Positions 12,223-22,609 are shown, numbered from the stretch's first letter. The stretch is 40,067 nt of DNA from a virus (IMGVR_UViG_2585427781_000002); one strand, 5' to 3'. Numbers and translations are program-made. Notes: a model not told the origin generated them from the sequence alone.

Positions 12223-12972
12223 TTAACCTGCGGCGCTGACAGCCACCGCAGCCACGGCCACAAAATCGCCGTCAGAAGTCATGCCCACAATGCTGACACT
12301 GCCCTGCTTCACGCCTTTCACCGTGGCCACAAGCCCGTTCAGGGTCACCGTGGCAGTCTGTGGATCTGTCGAATGTACACTGATCGCTTTGTCACTGGCT
12401 CCGTCAGGTTTTACTGTAAAGGTCAGCGTGGTGGTTGCTCCCACTTTTACACTGGCAGATGCTGGTGCCACCGTCAGCCCGGTAACGCTCACTGTTTCAG
12501 TGCCTTCCTCTGCCAGATGCGGACGCCCCACACCGCTGATTTTCACTGTGCGGGTCATCACGTCTTTTGAGGCAATGGTTTTACCCAGTGAGCTCAGCCA
12601 GCCACGGAAAACATCAACAGTGCCGTTGGGATATTTGATACGAAACGCGCAGACTTCACCGGAGTCGAACAACTGAACCAGTTTTTTCTGCCCGCTGTCA
12701 CCCGGACGCCAGGCCAGCGTCGCCGAAGTATCACCGACGGATTTCTGCCCCTGGGTTGTCGTTTTCCAGTCTGCATCTTCATCATCGAGATAAGTGTCAT
12801 CTTCTGCATCAGCGGTCATTTCGCCAGGTTGCAGATCCTTCACCATCGCAAGACGCAGCCAGTCAGTGTCCGATAAAGGGTTCGCAAACGCATCGCCCTT
12901 GCCGGTGTACATCCAGAACGTCGTTCCCGCACCTTTCGTTTTTGCCAGTGGATTTGGTGTGGTCATTGCCAC
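12223..12972 (-). CDS. V: major tail protein V
   Basis: 249-aa ORF; ...AKTKGAGTTFWMYTGKGDAFANPLSDTDWLRLAMVKDLQPGEMTA...YLDDEDADW... closely parallels lambda V; C-terminal Ig-like region. Confidence 0.9.
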   Translation of the reverse strand: MAMTTPNPLAKTKGAGTTFWMYTGKGDAFANPLSDTDWLRLAMVKDLQPGEMTADAEDDTYLDDEDADWKTTTQGQKSVGDTSATLAWRPGDSGQKKLVQLFDSGEVCAFRIKYPNGTVDVFRGWLSSLGKTIASKDVMTRTVKISGVGRPHLAEEGTETVSVTGLTVAPASASVKVGATTTLTFTVKPDGASDKAISVHSTDPQTATVTLNGLVATVKGVKQGSVSIVGMTSDGDFVAVAAVAVSAAG

Positions 12973-12977
12973 CTCCT

Positions 12978-13379
12978 TTAATTCGTGTACGTGATCTGGT
13001 ACGTGATTTCCGCCATCGCCCAGGTGGCCATCTCATTATCACGTTGATAGTTAAAACCGAGAGGGATCAGGGTGTCGATGAGTCCGGAAAGTGCCGGTAT
13101 ATCATTCAGAGCCGGGAAAATGGTGCTCTCCATCCACATATCCAGCTCTGAATCCGGTGCCTGTGCCCGGATGAAGACAGCAATATGCAGAACAGCCTGC
13201 CAGTCATCTTCATCCGTCATTTTTCCGGTGTACTGAGCATCACTCAGCCACACCGCCACGGCAGGCAGTTCCTGCGCATCAATAAATGCCGGAAGCCCGT
13301 CAAAAAACGTGGCGCTGTCTCCACACTGTTCCCGAAGGCGTGCCAGTACGGCCTGGCGGATTTGTGTATGTCGGTTCAT
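12978..13379 (-). CDS. U: tail terminator protein U
   Basis: MNRHTQIRQAVLARL...ATFFDG...PAVAVWL...ELDMWMES...DIPALS... aligns with lambda U; start taken at the internal ATG 13379 (track start 13391 is also an ATG). Confidence 0.85.
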   Translation of the reverse strand: MNRHTQIRQAVLARLREQCGDSATFFDGLPAFIDAQELPAVAVWLSDAQYTGKMTDEDDWQAVLHIAVFIRAQAPDSELDMWMESTIFPALNDIPALSGLIDTLIPLGFNYQRDNEMATWAMAEITYQITYTN

Positions 13380-13954
13380 CGGGTCAGCCATAACCTCAGT
13401 TGTTGTTTCAGTGCATACCCCAGCTGTTTCGGCATTTCCGCAGCAATAATGCGGTCGCGGGCATCTTCAAATGCCTGTGTCAGCGGTCCGGACAGCGGGA
13501 CTTTCACCACATCAATGGGGTAACGATTTTTGCCATCAATACGCCGCATCACATGCCAGCGACCATTCGCCAGTTGCTGAATAAACGCATCCCGGAAAAG
13601 ATATTTACCCACCTTCAGCACACTGCCACGGTACTGCAGTTTTCCACCACGCCGGGCCAGTCTGACCCGGGCTGTCCCCAGCTTAATAGCGGGCAGATTG
13701 CCCCGGTTAACGCGGATCCTGGCCGTCATTTTTCCTGACGGACTGGCTTTAAACACCCGGACACGCTGACGTACCAGTTTCAGGGGGATCCCTTTCACCT
13801 GGTTATCTCCCGCAACGGTATTCCCGGCAACCTGCCGGGTGGCGACCGAGACCGCTTTCTGTGCCACACGGTTTATCGCCCATGCGCTGGCCTGTGGCAC
13901 CATACGGGTATCAAGGCTGTTCAGATTACGGATGGCATTCTCAAGCCCCTTCAT
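13376..13954 (-). CDS. Z: tail completion protein Z
   Basis: 192-aa ORF, same length as lambda Z; MKGLENAIRNLNSL...AINRVAQ...NGRWHVMRR..GKNRYPIDVVK.. parallels lambda Z. Confidence 0.85.
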   Translation of the reverse strand: MKGLENAIRNLNSLDTRMVPQASAWAINRVAQKAVSVATRQVAGNTVAGDNQVKGIPLKLVRQRVRVFKASPSGKMTARIRVNRGNLPAIKLGTARVRLARRGGKLQYRGSVLKVGKYLFRDAFIQQLANGRWHVMRRIDGKNRYPIDVVKVPLSGPLTQAFEDARDRIIAAEMPKQLGYALKQQLRLWLTR

Positions 13955-13965
13955 CCCACACCTCT

Positions 13966-14241
13966 TTACTCAATAAAGATCATTGGCTTACCGTTAAAAC
14001 GTTCATGCCGTGTGACCGTCCATTGTTGTCCGTCATAAACAACGCGATCCCCGCGCCGTGGGCGGTATCCCGAAGAAAACACCACCAGAGAGACCGCAGG
14101 TCCGGACAGAGCATTCAGCTCTGCCAGTGTTTCTCCCGGGATCACAGTCATATCGACATCATTAATCGAGGCTGTCTTTCCCATCTTTCTGACCGTGATC
14201 GCATCCATACGCGCTGCCAGCCGGGAAAAGGGATCAGACAT
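13966..14241 (-). CDS. head-tail joining protein (FII-like position and pattern)
   Basis: 91-aa ORF immediately upstream of Z; DPF...GD..W.V pattern loosely resembles lambda FII. Assignment is mostly by position. Confidence 0.5.
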   Translation of the reverse strand: MSDPFSRLAARMDAITVRKMGKTASINDVDMTVIPGETLAELNALSGPAVSLVVFSSGYRPRRGDRVVYDGQQWTVTRHERFNGKPMIFIE

Positions 14242-14557
14242 TGAGTTTTACCGGCACTTCTTCTGCACTGGTTCCGGCATCTGCCCAGACAACCCCGACC
14301 AGCGGATCAGAGCCGCTGTTAGTCAACTGAACTTTTCCGGACTTCAGATAAACCTTCTTACCCGTTTTCATGTCATCCGTTTTCAGCTTAGGCAGCATAA
14401 ACACACCTTCGGTCAGGCCGTCGCCTGTTTCACCCTGTGGAATATCGGTCAGCGCTACCGCAAAAACATCACCCACCTGCACCAGATCTCCGCTGCTGAT
14501 GGCTGCACTGGCAACAATCGCCACCGTTTTTCCTTCTTCTACAAAATTCTTTGCCAT
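14234..14557 (-). CDS. small capsid-associated protein (DUF2190-like), downstream of the major capsid gene
   Basis: Start at ATG 14557 (MAKNFVEEGKTVAIV...) with GGAGA RBS; the track start at 14602 is a TTG. Small Gly/Val-rich protein typical of genes following HK97-type capsid genes. Confidence 0.5.
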   Translation of the reverse strand: MAKNFVEEGKTVAIVASAAISSGDLVQVGDVFAVALTDIPQGETGDGLTEGVFMLPKLKTDDMKTGKKVYLKSGKVQLTNSGSDPLVGVVWADAGTSAEEVPVKLNV

Positions 14558-14600
14558 AACTGTCTCCGCACAGCCCCGTTCAGGGGCTGATTTCAGGTAC

Positions 14601-14620
14601 AAAAAAAGCCCTTACGGGCC
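14601..14620 (-). terminator. candidate attenuator/terminator after the capsid gene
   Basis: Hairpin GCCC-TTAC-GGGC (14608-14619) followed on the minus strand by a 7-nt U-run (plus-strand A-run 14601-14607). Confidence 0.4.
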
Positions 14621-14643
14621 ATCAGAGTTGTTGTCTGCGACGT

Positions 14644-16602
14644 TTACGCCGTACATTTCACCAGACCGCGGTGATCAACTGGCGCGACACCGGCGTCAAT
14701 ACGCACTTTCGTTGTCACGCCATCCACACTGAAGCCCTCCATCTGATCAATATATGGCGTATCCACACCGTTGAGATAAGCCACTTCAATCGTATCGGAG
14801 CCTTTTGACGCAGCCAGGTAGAAGGTGGTCTGGCTGTTATCATCAAGACGAGGCTCTGCAATAACGGTCGCAAAATCTTTCACCGGGTTAATAATACCGG
14901 CGTTAATGTCAGCCCCCTTGACACTTGAGGAGCGAATGACCTGGTTAGCAACAGACTCCATCGCCGTCGGTACCAGTACGAACGCAGGACGAATATTCAG
15001 ATGACGCTCCCCCTCTTTCTGAACGCGCATCAACTGGCGGGCTTTATCCAGCGATTCCACGTCCATTGCAGCGCTCTCCAGTACGTTTGCATGTTTCGCT
15101 TTATCGAACAGACTTACATTATCTGTGGAGATTTTCGGGTTAGACGTCAGAATGGCATAAACCAGATCGGCAATAGTGGATTTCGCCGCACGGCCCAACT
15201 TCATCGGGACATCGGTCAGCATATTCAGATAATCATTGATAATGGCCTGACGGGTGATACTGAACAGCTCGCCATAGGTCGCCAGTGCAATAGTGGCCTG
15301 TTTATCTCCGGTGGTGACGTATTTATATTCCGCCCCTTCACGCACCTGACGCAGAGCACTGAAGCCCCCCATACCCACACGATGGGCAATTTTAAAATCA
15401 GACAACTGACCTGTCCGCGTCCACTGTTCATAGGTTTCAGGGGCATCTTCCCAGCCCTGCAGAATGGCTTTGTTCGCAACATCCAGCAGAATATTACCGA
15501 AGTCAGACGTACTGTGTGTGAACGCCGCACCGACCATCTGCATCGGGTTATAACTGGAAACCCCAATACCCCGTTCAGTCAGTGACATACGGGCATATTC
15601 ACGCAGGGTCATCCCGTTGTAGACATTATCACGTTCGGTTTTTTCAAATCCGGCACGCGCCATCAGCGCCTGGCGGATCCCGTCCCCCACAAAATTACCG
15701 TTACCGGCATAAATATGAGCCGGGGTATTTTTATTGGATGGCGTGGACTCGCGCCCCATCTCGTTCAACAGCTTTTCGCGGGCCTGCTCCAGCGAACATT
15801 CAGGATCGGCAAGACACTGAGCCTGCAGCGTCTGATAACGCCCGCCAAACATGGCAAACAGATCATTAATACCGTTTACACGCGCTTTTTGCTCTGCCAG
15901 TACCTGCGCACGGATGCTGTTTTCATCCACCACGGGTGCTGCTGCCTGCACTGGCGTCCGGGAGGCTTCAGGTTCATTATCCTGTACGCGTGGAGCACTG
16001 TTGCGTGGCGGAGTAATCATGTTTCGAATGGATTCCGGCATCTTTTTAAATTCCTCTGTACGTTTTGACTGAATACATGCCATTGCCTTAACGGCTGGCG
16101 TTACCTGATCAGCAAATCCATGTGCCAGACATTCGGCACCGGACATCCAGGTCTCATCCGCCAGCATGGCAGCAATTTCATCGGTGGTTTTCCCGGTTTT
16201 CTGTGCATAAGCGGGTAACAGAACCGCCTCAACTTTATCGAGCAGGTCGGCATAGGTGCGCATGTCCTCCGCATCACCGCCCGTAAAGCCAAATGGTTTA
16301 TGAATCATCATGAAGGTGTTTTCCGGCATAATGACCGGGTTTCCCACCATCGCAATGACCGACGCCATTGATGCCGCCACACCGTCGACATAAACGGTAA
16401 TGGACGCACCATGTGTTTTCAGCGCATTAAAAATGGCGATGCCTTCAAAGACATCGCCACCCGGTGAATTGATATGGAGATTAATGTGGGTGATATCGCC
16501 CAGTGCATTCAGATCACTGATAAACTGCTTCGCTGTAACACCCCAGAAACCAATCTCGTCATAAATATAAATATCCGCGTCACTCTGGTGACCAGCCTGC
16601 AT
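14644..16602 (-). CDS. prohead protease (ClpP/S49-like) fused to an HK97-fold major capsid protein
   Basis: Start at ATG 16602 (MQAGHQSDADIYIYDEIGFWGVTAK...); N-terminal region has the ClpP-like serine protease pattern (INSPGGDVFEG), followed by an Ala/Gln-rich linker and a C-terminal capsid-like domain. The track ORF extends upstream over the portal 3' end. Confidence 0.8.
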   Translation of the reverse strand: MQAGHQSDADIYIYDEIGFWGVTAKQFISDLNALGDITHINLHINSPGGDVFEGIAIFNALKTHGASITVYVDGVAASMASVIAMVGNPVIMPENTFMMIHKPFGFTGGDAEDMRTYADLLDKVEAVLLPAYAQKTGKTTDEIAAMLADETWMSGAECLAHGFADQVTPAVKAMACIQSKRTEEFKKMPESIRNMITPPRNSAPRVQDNEPEASRTPVQAAAPVVDENSIRAQVLAEQKARVNGINDLFAMFGGRYQTLQAQCLADPECSLEQAREKLLNEMGRESTPSNKNTPAHIYAGNGNFVGDGIRQALMARAGFEKTERDNVYNGMTLREYARMSLTERGIGVSSYNPMQMVGAAFTHSTSDFGNILLDVANKAILQGWEDAPETYEQWTRTGQLSDFKIAHRVGMGGFSALRQVREGAEYKYVTTGDKQATIALATYGELFSITRQAIINDYLNMLTDVPMKLGRAAKSTIADLVYAILTSNPKISTDNVSLFDKAKHANVLESAAMDVESLDKARQLMRVQKEGERHLNIRPAFVLVPTAMESVANQVIRSSSVKGADINAGIINPVKDFATVIAEPRLDDNSQTTFYLAASKGSDTIEVAYLNGVDTPYIDQMEGFSVDGVTTKVRIDAGVAPVDHRGLVKCTA

Positions 16603-16648
16603 CCTGAACCAGGAATTATTCTTCGGACTGGTCGTCGGTGTACTGCGG

Positions 16649-18124
16649 CTACTGTCGTTTCGTTGCGGCACTGCTGCCTCCTTTATCACTGGCCGGATCG
16701 GTATCAAATACCAGGTCCAGCTTGCGGTTTTCATCAATTTCGGCCTTGCGCCGACGTTTGACATCATCCGGATTACGACCACCTGCACGTACCCAGTCTG
16801 ATTCTGTCGCCGCTCCACCACGAATCTGGATTTTCCAGGCCTCAGCCTCCTTAACAGGGTCAATCCACGGCATCACCGGTCCGGAATACACCGCGGTATA
16901 CAGTGAAGAACGGTCAAGATCGCGGGGTAGCCTGATAACACCGGATGCCACAGCCTGTTTCAGCCAGGCACGATACATCGGGCGGGTGACGGCACCAATA
17001 AACCAGTCCTGCAGGATCAGGTAGCCATCAGTGGATTCAACCAGCTCCTGACGCTGGGCGCTGTAAGTGCCGTTATAGTTGCGCGCTGTACTGGAAAAAC
17101 TCAGACGACTGCCCGCCGCCACGGCACGCAACTGAGCATTACGAAAAGTTTCAAGGTTAGGATTTGGGCGATCCGACTTCACCATTCCGATTTCTTCGCC
17201 GGGTTTCAGATCGTCGTAAATAATGCCTGGCTGAATGGTAAGCTCGCGTTCATTCTCCTTGCTGTCATTACCATCCGTTTCATAGCTCTGTCCGTCGCCT
17301 TTGCGGATGTACATCCCCAGAGCAGCGGCGACCCTTGCTGCAGTCAGCTCAGAATCTTCATACTCTTTCAGGGCGCTGAGGCGGATCAGCACACCGGACA
17401 ATAAAGACGTCCCGCGCATCTGGTGCAGACGGCGAACAAATTTAAGATGCAGCATTCGCTCTGCATCCACTTCTTTGGTTTCCATCTGCCGTCCGGATAC
17501 AGGACGACTTTTATACACCAGATATTTTTCGGGACGCCCCCAGTCATCAACAAACACGCCCTGATTCAGCCTGTTGCTCTCATCACTGGTCATGGGAATA
17601 AAGTCCGGCTCGAGCGCCTCCAGCCAGAAATGAACACCGGCAGAAGGCGTCAGGCTGTTTATGCGCCCGGAAACCATCTGGGCAAACACCTCACCATCGC
17701 GCAGCCAGGTACGAAGCATCAGACGTTCCAGCATCGGACGGGTAAACTGCCCGGTGACTTCCGGGCTGACAGACCATTCACTCCATCGGGTGCGAATCTC
17801 CGCAGCCAGGTCACGGGCAATGGCCCCATTGCGTAATACCGGATGTGGCTCGACAATAATCCCGTTTTTCCCCACCACCCGTTCTTCCAGCTTGTCAAAT
17901 ACACCAATAACCAGATCGTGGTTGTTATCAAGGTAACGGGCCTGCTCACGTAACGACACGGCCCCGTACTGGCTTAACTGGTCGGCAGTTCGGTTCTCCC
18001 GTCGGGCTTTGTGTGTCCGCGTCGTTTTTACGGCCTCATAAGCCTGGATCACCGCACGGGAACGCAGCCTTGCCGCTTTCCATCCTGGTGAAAAAACGCC
18101 AATCACATCATCAAGAATTGCCAT
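16649..18124 (-). CDS. B: portal protein (lambda B family)
   Basis: Start taken at ATG 18124, overlapping the W stop (MAILDDVIGVFSPGW...); track start 18196 is further upstream. Size and position between W and the capsid gene fit a portal. Confidence 0.85.
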   Translation of the reverse strand: MAILDDVIGVFSPGWKAARLRSRAVIQAYEAVKTTRTHKARRENRTADQLSQYGAVSLREQARYLDNNHDLVIGVFDKLEERVVGKNGIIVEPHPVLRNGAIARDLAAEIRTRWSEWSVSPEVTGQFTRPMLERLMLRTWLRDGEVFAQMVSGRINSLTPSAGVHFWLEALEPDFIPMTSDESNRLNQGVFVDDWGRPEKYLVYKSRPVSGRQMETKEVDAERMLHLKFVRRLHQMRGTSLLSGVLIRLSALKEYEDSELTAARVAAALGMYIRKGDGQSYETDGNDSKENERELTIQPGIIYDDLKPGEEIGMVKSDRPNPNLETFRNAQLRAVAAGSRLSFSSTARNYNGTYSAQRQELVESTDGYLILQDWFIGAVTRPMYRAWLKQAVASGVIRLPRDLDRSSLYTAVYSGPVMPWIDPVKEAEAWKIQIRGGAATESDWVRAGGRNPDDVKRRRKAEIDENRKLDLVFDTDPASDKGGSSAATKRQ

Positions 18125-18342
18125 CAGACCCCCGCCAGCCGATACCCGGGATGCCCCCGTCGTCGTGTAATCAGAGCCGCAAGGCGGCGCTCCCACTCCT
18201 GCCGTCCCTGCCTGATCTCAGATAAGTTTTCCATGGTCATCTGCTGACCATTAAAGGTGACGGATTTTCCGTCCAGCACCGCCATTTCAGCTTCCGTATA
18301 ACGCTGAATCATGGCTTCGATATCATTCTGGTTCATAACCAT
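18124..18342 (-). CDS. W: head-tail joining protein W
   Basis: 72-aa ORF between terminase and portal; C-terminus ..ITRRRGHPGYRLAGV resembles the lambda W C-terminus (..RRRGPAGFYV). Confidence 0.7.
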   Translation of the reverse strand: MVMNQNDIEAMIQRYTEAEMAVLDGKSVTFNGQQMTMENLSEIRQGRQEWERRLAALITRRRGHPGYRLAGV

Positions 18343-20432
18343 CCTCCGGAAGTCAGCCAGGGGTTAACATCGTCAGTTACTGTTTTCTTCCGTTTTTGTT
18401 TTTTAACAGGCGTGGATACCGGTTCCGGTGAGGATGACGGTTCGGTACTGTCCGGGACACACTCCAGCCAGGTTTCCCGGCTCGCCCACTCCGGTGCATC
18501 CGGCCAGCGGATCTTTTCGTATCCATGCAGAATGACCAGAGCCTCGGCATACACCATCAGGTCAAAAGCTTCGTTGGCACCGCGACCCGGCTTACTCCAT
18601 TTCCCGTCACTGCTCCGCTCTTCATACGTCAGTTCGTCGTAAAACCAGCTCCCCAGCCAGTCAGGGAAATGCACATAGCCGGGACCTGGCGAGTCACGCC
18701 ATAACGCGTTATTCACCCGGTCTTTCAGTGCATCCGTCTGAAGAAGCCAGAGCGGCACATCACCTGCGGCCTGCGCCCGTCGGCCCGTTCGTCCGGTGTT
18801 ATCAGGGAATGTACGGGTGATCAGTTTTGCGCGCCGGATGCTGTCGCCCTTAAACAGGTAAATACGTTTACCAAGGCCATCACGACGGCAACGACGCCAG
18901 AATTTATAGGCATTATCAGTGACCCCGTCTTCACCGCCGGAGTCCACCGCCATTGCCATCAGTCGCATTTGTTGAGAAGGATCGGAGGCCAGCGGCCAGC
19001 TTTTATGAAAAACATCCGTCAGCAGGACATCCCAGTCTTCCGGATAGCTGGCCGGATCAATTCGCTGGCTCTCCCCGTCGCTGTCACCGCGCAATGACTG
19101 CGTGATGTTGTAACGATCAATAATCCAGCGTTCGCCACGGCTGCCATAGCCCGTTACCTGAACCACAAAACGGCGATGACGTCCCGCCTGCACATCCACT
19201 GTCGCCACAAGAAAATTAACGCCATCTGGCACACTGCGGGAAGGAACTGGCTCTGCCCGCTGCTCAAGCAGTTCACTTTTTCGTTGCTCCATGCTGGCGC
19301 GGGGAAGATAAGGTAATCCCCAGTCGGTGTTGATAACCGCCCTGAGTGTTTCTTCACTTCCTGTCGCTTCATACTCCTGTTCTGCAGTCAGTAATTTGTA
19401 AACCAGTTGCGCCCAGGTCTGATACGCAGCAGCTGGCCCTTCCATCCAGAAACTGGCGATACGGGAGCGGCGCGGTTCACCGGAAACGTTGCCGTTACAA
19501 TCAATGACCTGACCTTCACGCAACCAGACTCCTGCACTATTGAGCTCACGCTTTTTCTCCGCAGTGATAATGCCGCTGCAGTGCGGGCAAAGTAGATACG
19601 CCGCCTCACTGGCTTTAAAGGGATCCGGTTCATTACGGTAGCCGGTCATGGCATCCATGGCTGGCTGAAAATATTCACCGCAGTGCGGACATGGCCAGTA
19701 CCAGCGGCGGCGGTCACCACGATTGTAAAGGGAAAGAATACCAGTCGTCGGTGGCGCTTCATGAGGCGACTTACGTCGCCATTTGCTGTCGCAGATGTCA
19801 CGTCCCGGCGAGCTCTCCACCAGAGTCATCCCGGCGGACATAAATGTGGTGGTACGTTTTGAGGCCAGGGAGAAACCATCACCCTCGCTGTCGATATTCT
19901 CCGGAAAACGGTCGTAATCGGTTAAGGCGACAAACCGGTAATCCGACGACGACATAATGTTGACCGAGGGCCAACCAATTTTAAGGAACGAGCCATCCCT
20001 GAACGTCTTATCATGGACATTATTGTCATTACGACGTGGACTCATTCTTTTCTTTACCGCCGCACTGCTTCTGAACGTTCTGTCGAGGCGCTTTTTTGAA
20101 TGCTCGCGGGCCTTATCTTCGGTCATCTGCACAACGAGCATGTCCGAAGGATCGCAAACGATGGTATAGACAATCCATCCATCGATCAGACCAATGGTCT
20201 TCCCTGTTCGCGCAGGACCAACAAAAATCACCGCATCGTATTCACGCGATGCCAGGCAGTTCATGGGCTCAATGATGTAGGGTGTCAGTTCAGGATCCCA
20301 TGGCACCGAGTTACCAGCCCCCTTGGGAACACGCATGAATTTTTTAACAGCCTCCGAAATCGGCATGCGACGTGGTGGGGAAAATCCTGCCGATATGTCC
20401 CTTCCCAAATTTCGGGCTGATGAAAAACCCAT
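18333..20432 (-). CDS. terminase large subunit (lambda GpA family)
   Basis: 699-aa ORF; Walker A-like GPARTGKT, zinc-binding CPHCGEYF...CPHC as in lambda A, C-terminal nuclease region. Confidence 0.9.
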   Translation of the reverse strand: MGFSSARNLGRDISAGFSPPRRMPISEAVKKFMRVPKGAGNSVPWDPELTPYIIEPMNCLASREYDAVIFVGPARTGKTIGLIDGWIVYTIVCDPSDMLVVQMTEDKAREHSKKRLDRTFRSSAAVKKRMSPRRNDNNVHDKTFRDGSFLKIGWPSVNIMSSSDYRFVALTDYDRFPENIDSEGDGFSLASKRTTTFMSAGMTLVESSPGRDICDSKWRRKSPHEAPPTTGILSLYNRGDRRRWYWPCPHCGEYFQPAMDAMTGYRNEPDPFKASEAAYLLCPHCSGIITAEKKRELNSAGVWLREGQVIDCNGNVSGEPRRSRIASFWMEGPAAAYQTWAQLVYKLLTAEQEYEATGSEETLRAVINTDWGLPYLPRASMEQRKSELLEQRAEPVPSRSVPDGVNFLVATVDVQAGRHRRFVVQVTGYGSRGERWIIDRYNITQSLRGDSDGESQRIDPASYPEDWDVLLTDVFHKSWPLASDPSQQMRLMAMAVDSGGEDGVTDNAYKFWRRCRRDGLGKRIYLFKGDSIRRAKLITRTFPDNTGRTGRRAQAAGDVPLWLLQTDALKDRVNNALWRDSPGPGYVHFPDWLGSWFYDELTYEERSSDGKWSKPGRGANEAFDLMVYAEALVILHGYEKIRWPDAPEWASRETWLECVPDSTEPSSSPEPVSTPVKKQKRKKTVTDDVNPWLTSGGWL

Positions 20433-20440
20433 TATTCCTC

Positions 20441-20980
20441 CTAGAGACTCTCTCCTTCCTCATCAGGAATTAATTCAGCAGCACAAGCCTCGTAGGATTT
20501 TTCCTGAAGAGTGTATCGCAGGTCATCAATGGCCTGCTGTACAACGCCAACGGCCTGAGGAGTCAGGGCGCAATCGCGTTCAAGAACATCCGGAATTGTC
20601 TCCAGAACCTGGACGACAGCCTTTCTCATGGACGAATAGACGATGACTACTTCATCAACGGGGATGAGTTTTCGCTGCTCCTTTTCCAACTTGATCCTTT
20701 CATTTTCCGACTGGTACCAGTCCTTTCTCTCTTTCGGCTCCATACGGGATGGATCATGAACAGAGTCTGCTGCCTCATGCTTCACACTAAACAGGGCAGG
20801 CCCGACATGCTGCAGGGCGTAAACGGGGTTCCCCCTGACAGTCGCAGCCACAGGAGTGTTGGCCGCGAGGAGCCGTTTTTTTACTGTGTCCCGGTGAAGC
20901 CCAAAGGCCTCGGCGATTTTAAAAACACTCCAGTAATAAGCATCACCGATCCCGCTCACATTTGACATAAGCAACTCCAT
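20441..20980 (-). CDS. terminase small subunit (Nu1-like position)
   Basis: 179-aa ORF immediately upstream of the large terminase; N-terminal helix-turn-helix-like segment and acidic C-terminus. Confidence 0.7.
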   Translation of the reverse strand: MELLMSNVSGIGDAYYWSVFKIAEAFGLHRDTVKKRLLAANTPVAATVRGNPVYALQHVGPALFSVKHEAADSVHDPSRMEPKERKDWYQSENERIKLEKEQRKLIPVDEVVIVYSSMRKAVVQVLETIPDVLERDCALTPQAVGVVQQAIDDLRYTLQEKSYEACAAELIPDEEGESL

Positions 20981-21530
20981 CTGGCAGGTGAAAATCAGGT
21001 TTATTTATATATTTCAATTAATTGCAAACTAGTCTAATGACAGGGAGAAAAAAATATTGTACAGCTGAAAAGAGAAATAACTTTTAATTATCAATAAATT
21101 ACCAAACATGCTGCCGCCACCATGGAAATGCAAAAACTAGCCTTTTTCCGCGACGCTCCCGCCCCGTGGCAGGGCCCCCCACTGGGAGGACCCGACAGCC
21201 TGACAACCGTGACGAGCATCTGTAACAGAGCTTTACATAATGGCATGGGGATAATTCAGAAGGACATCACAGCATGCCCACACAAATTAGTGTGAGTGTC
21301 CTGTCTCTTACTACGCGCAGGACTGACGAGCATGAGGGGAAAATACGAGAACCGAAATGCCTTATCTTCAGAAATGCAGCCGGCATCCGAACTGGACGAT
21401 ATTGTAAATTCACCTAAATACGAGGCATTGCTGTAGTTGAATTGCATTGCTGTATTAGCCTGACAGTGACAGAATACGATATTGACTCTGTCACTTGTGA
21501 AATGGTCAGAATGGTTAGCAGTTATGGTGA

Positions 21531-21737
21531 TCAGTCAACCACCAGGGAATAATCCTTCGTATTCTTATCGTGCTTTACTAACGCGGCCTCAATTGCCCTG
21601 AATGCTTCCAGAGACACTTGATGTTCTATACATGCAATTACAACATCCGGGTAACCCATCGAAATGGTGCTAATAAGCATAGTTTTTACACGAACCTGCT
21701 CCTGGGAGGGGGCATCAGTGTATTGATCTTTATGCAT
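21531..21737 (-). CDS. conserved small lambdoid-phage protein of unknown function
   Basis: 68-aa ORF; ...[38 protein letters not shown]... resembles a small ORF I recall near the right end of lambda. Confidence 0.5.
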   Translation of the reverse strand: MHKDQYTDAPSQEQVRVKTMLISTISMGYPDVVIACIEHQVSLEAFRAIEAALVKHDKNTKDYSLVVD

Positions 21738-22032
21738 TTTGTCGCTCCATGCGTTTGCTCTTCACTTACGGCTAAAAATATAACGTCAAATCACTCAGCA
21801 TGAAAGAGTGAAAGATTCAGCGCGTTTCCCTTACATAATCTGTCGTTTGTATTCTCTTCAGGCATACCGAAAAGACTAGGTATTGTCACACAACCAATAC
21901 CATCGACAATCGAGATTTATACCTATTCGGTAATGTTTAAATATAACAAAACCCCGTAAAAACGAGGTTTATGGGTAATTTGTATTGTTGAATAGCATCT
22001 GATGAGAAATTGATGCTAATGCTATAAACAGA

Positions 22033-22206
22033 CTAGATTAAATCAATCTTGATATCATAGCTTTCAAGACCAGTCATTTTTTCCCGTGCAGTAAACTGGA
22101 TACTGGTAACTTCTTTCCCGGTCTTTTTCTTAAGCTCAATGATTTTTTTTGTTATATATTCAGAAATATCTGCTTCTGTTTTTGTTTTTAACTCTTCAAT
22201 GTTCAT
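22033..22206 (-). CDS. gnsB: GnsA/GnsB family protein
   Basis: From ATG 22206: MNIEELKTKTEADISEYITKKIIELKKKTGKEVTSIQFTAREKMTGLESYDIKIDLI, 57 aa, matching the GnsA/GnsB family as remembered. Confidence 0.8.
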   Translation of the reverse strand: MNIEELKTKTEADISEYITKKIIELKKKTGKEVTSIQFTAREKMTGLESYDIKIDLI

Positions 22207-22378
22207 CATTTCCTCTTTTAGTCTGTTATGACTTTCCTGGTACACAGTAGTGTCAATTATATGGAGCAAGCGTATAAAAGATAAGATGAAACATCGCAAT
22301 AATCAACATACGACGGTCTAAATTTCACACAAACAGATAAAGATGATTATCATTTATTATCAATGCATTAGAATCAAA

Positions 22379-22609
22379 TCAATTCAAGAGTCTCATTGCT
22401 GCTTCCAGAATTTCTTCTGAAGTTACATGCCGATCCGCTGCTACATAAATGACTTTATGATCTCCGGTCAGAGATGGAAACCCTGCAGCCATTACAGTGA
22501 GGTGTGTTGTTTCGCCATTTGGATATTCACGCATGATGGTGTTAACTCCGGTCATCACTGGCACTACCATTGCTGGTTCAGAGTTAAAAAAAACTATTAT
22601 TTTTTTCAT
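22379..22609 (-). CDS. hypothetical small protein upstream of the GnsB-like gene
   Basis: 76-aa ORF from ATG 22609 (MKKIIVFFNSEPAMVVPVMTG...); the in-frame upstream extension in the track is probably not translated. Confidence 0.5.
   Translation of the reverse strand: MKKIIVFFNSEPAMVVPVMTGVNTIMREYPNGETTHLTVMAAGFPSLTGDHKVIYVAADRHVTSEEILEAAMRLLN

Noticed and set aside
15001-15585. 194-aa plus-strand ORF antisense to the capsid gene
   Set aside because: Lies entirely within the protease-capsid gene on the opposite strand; no independent support.
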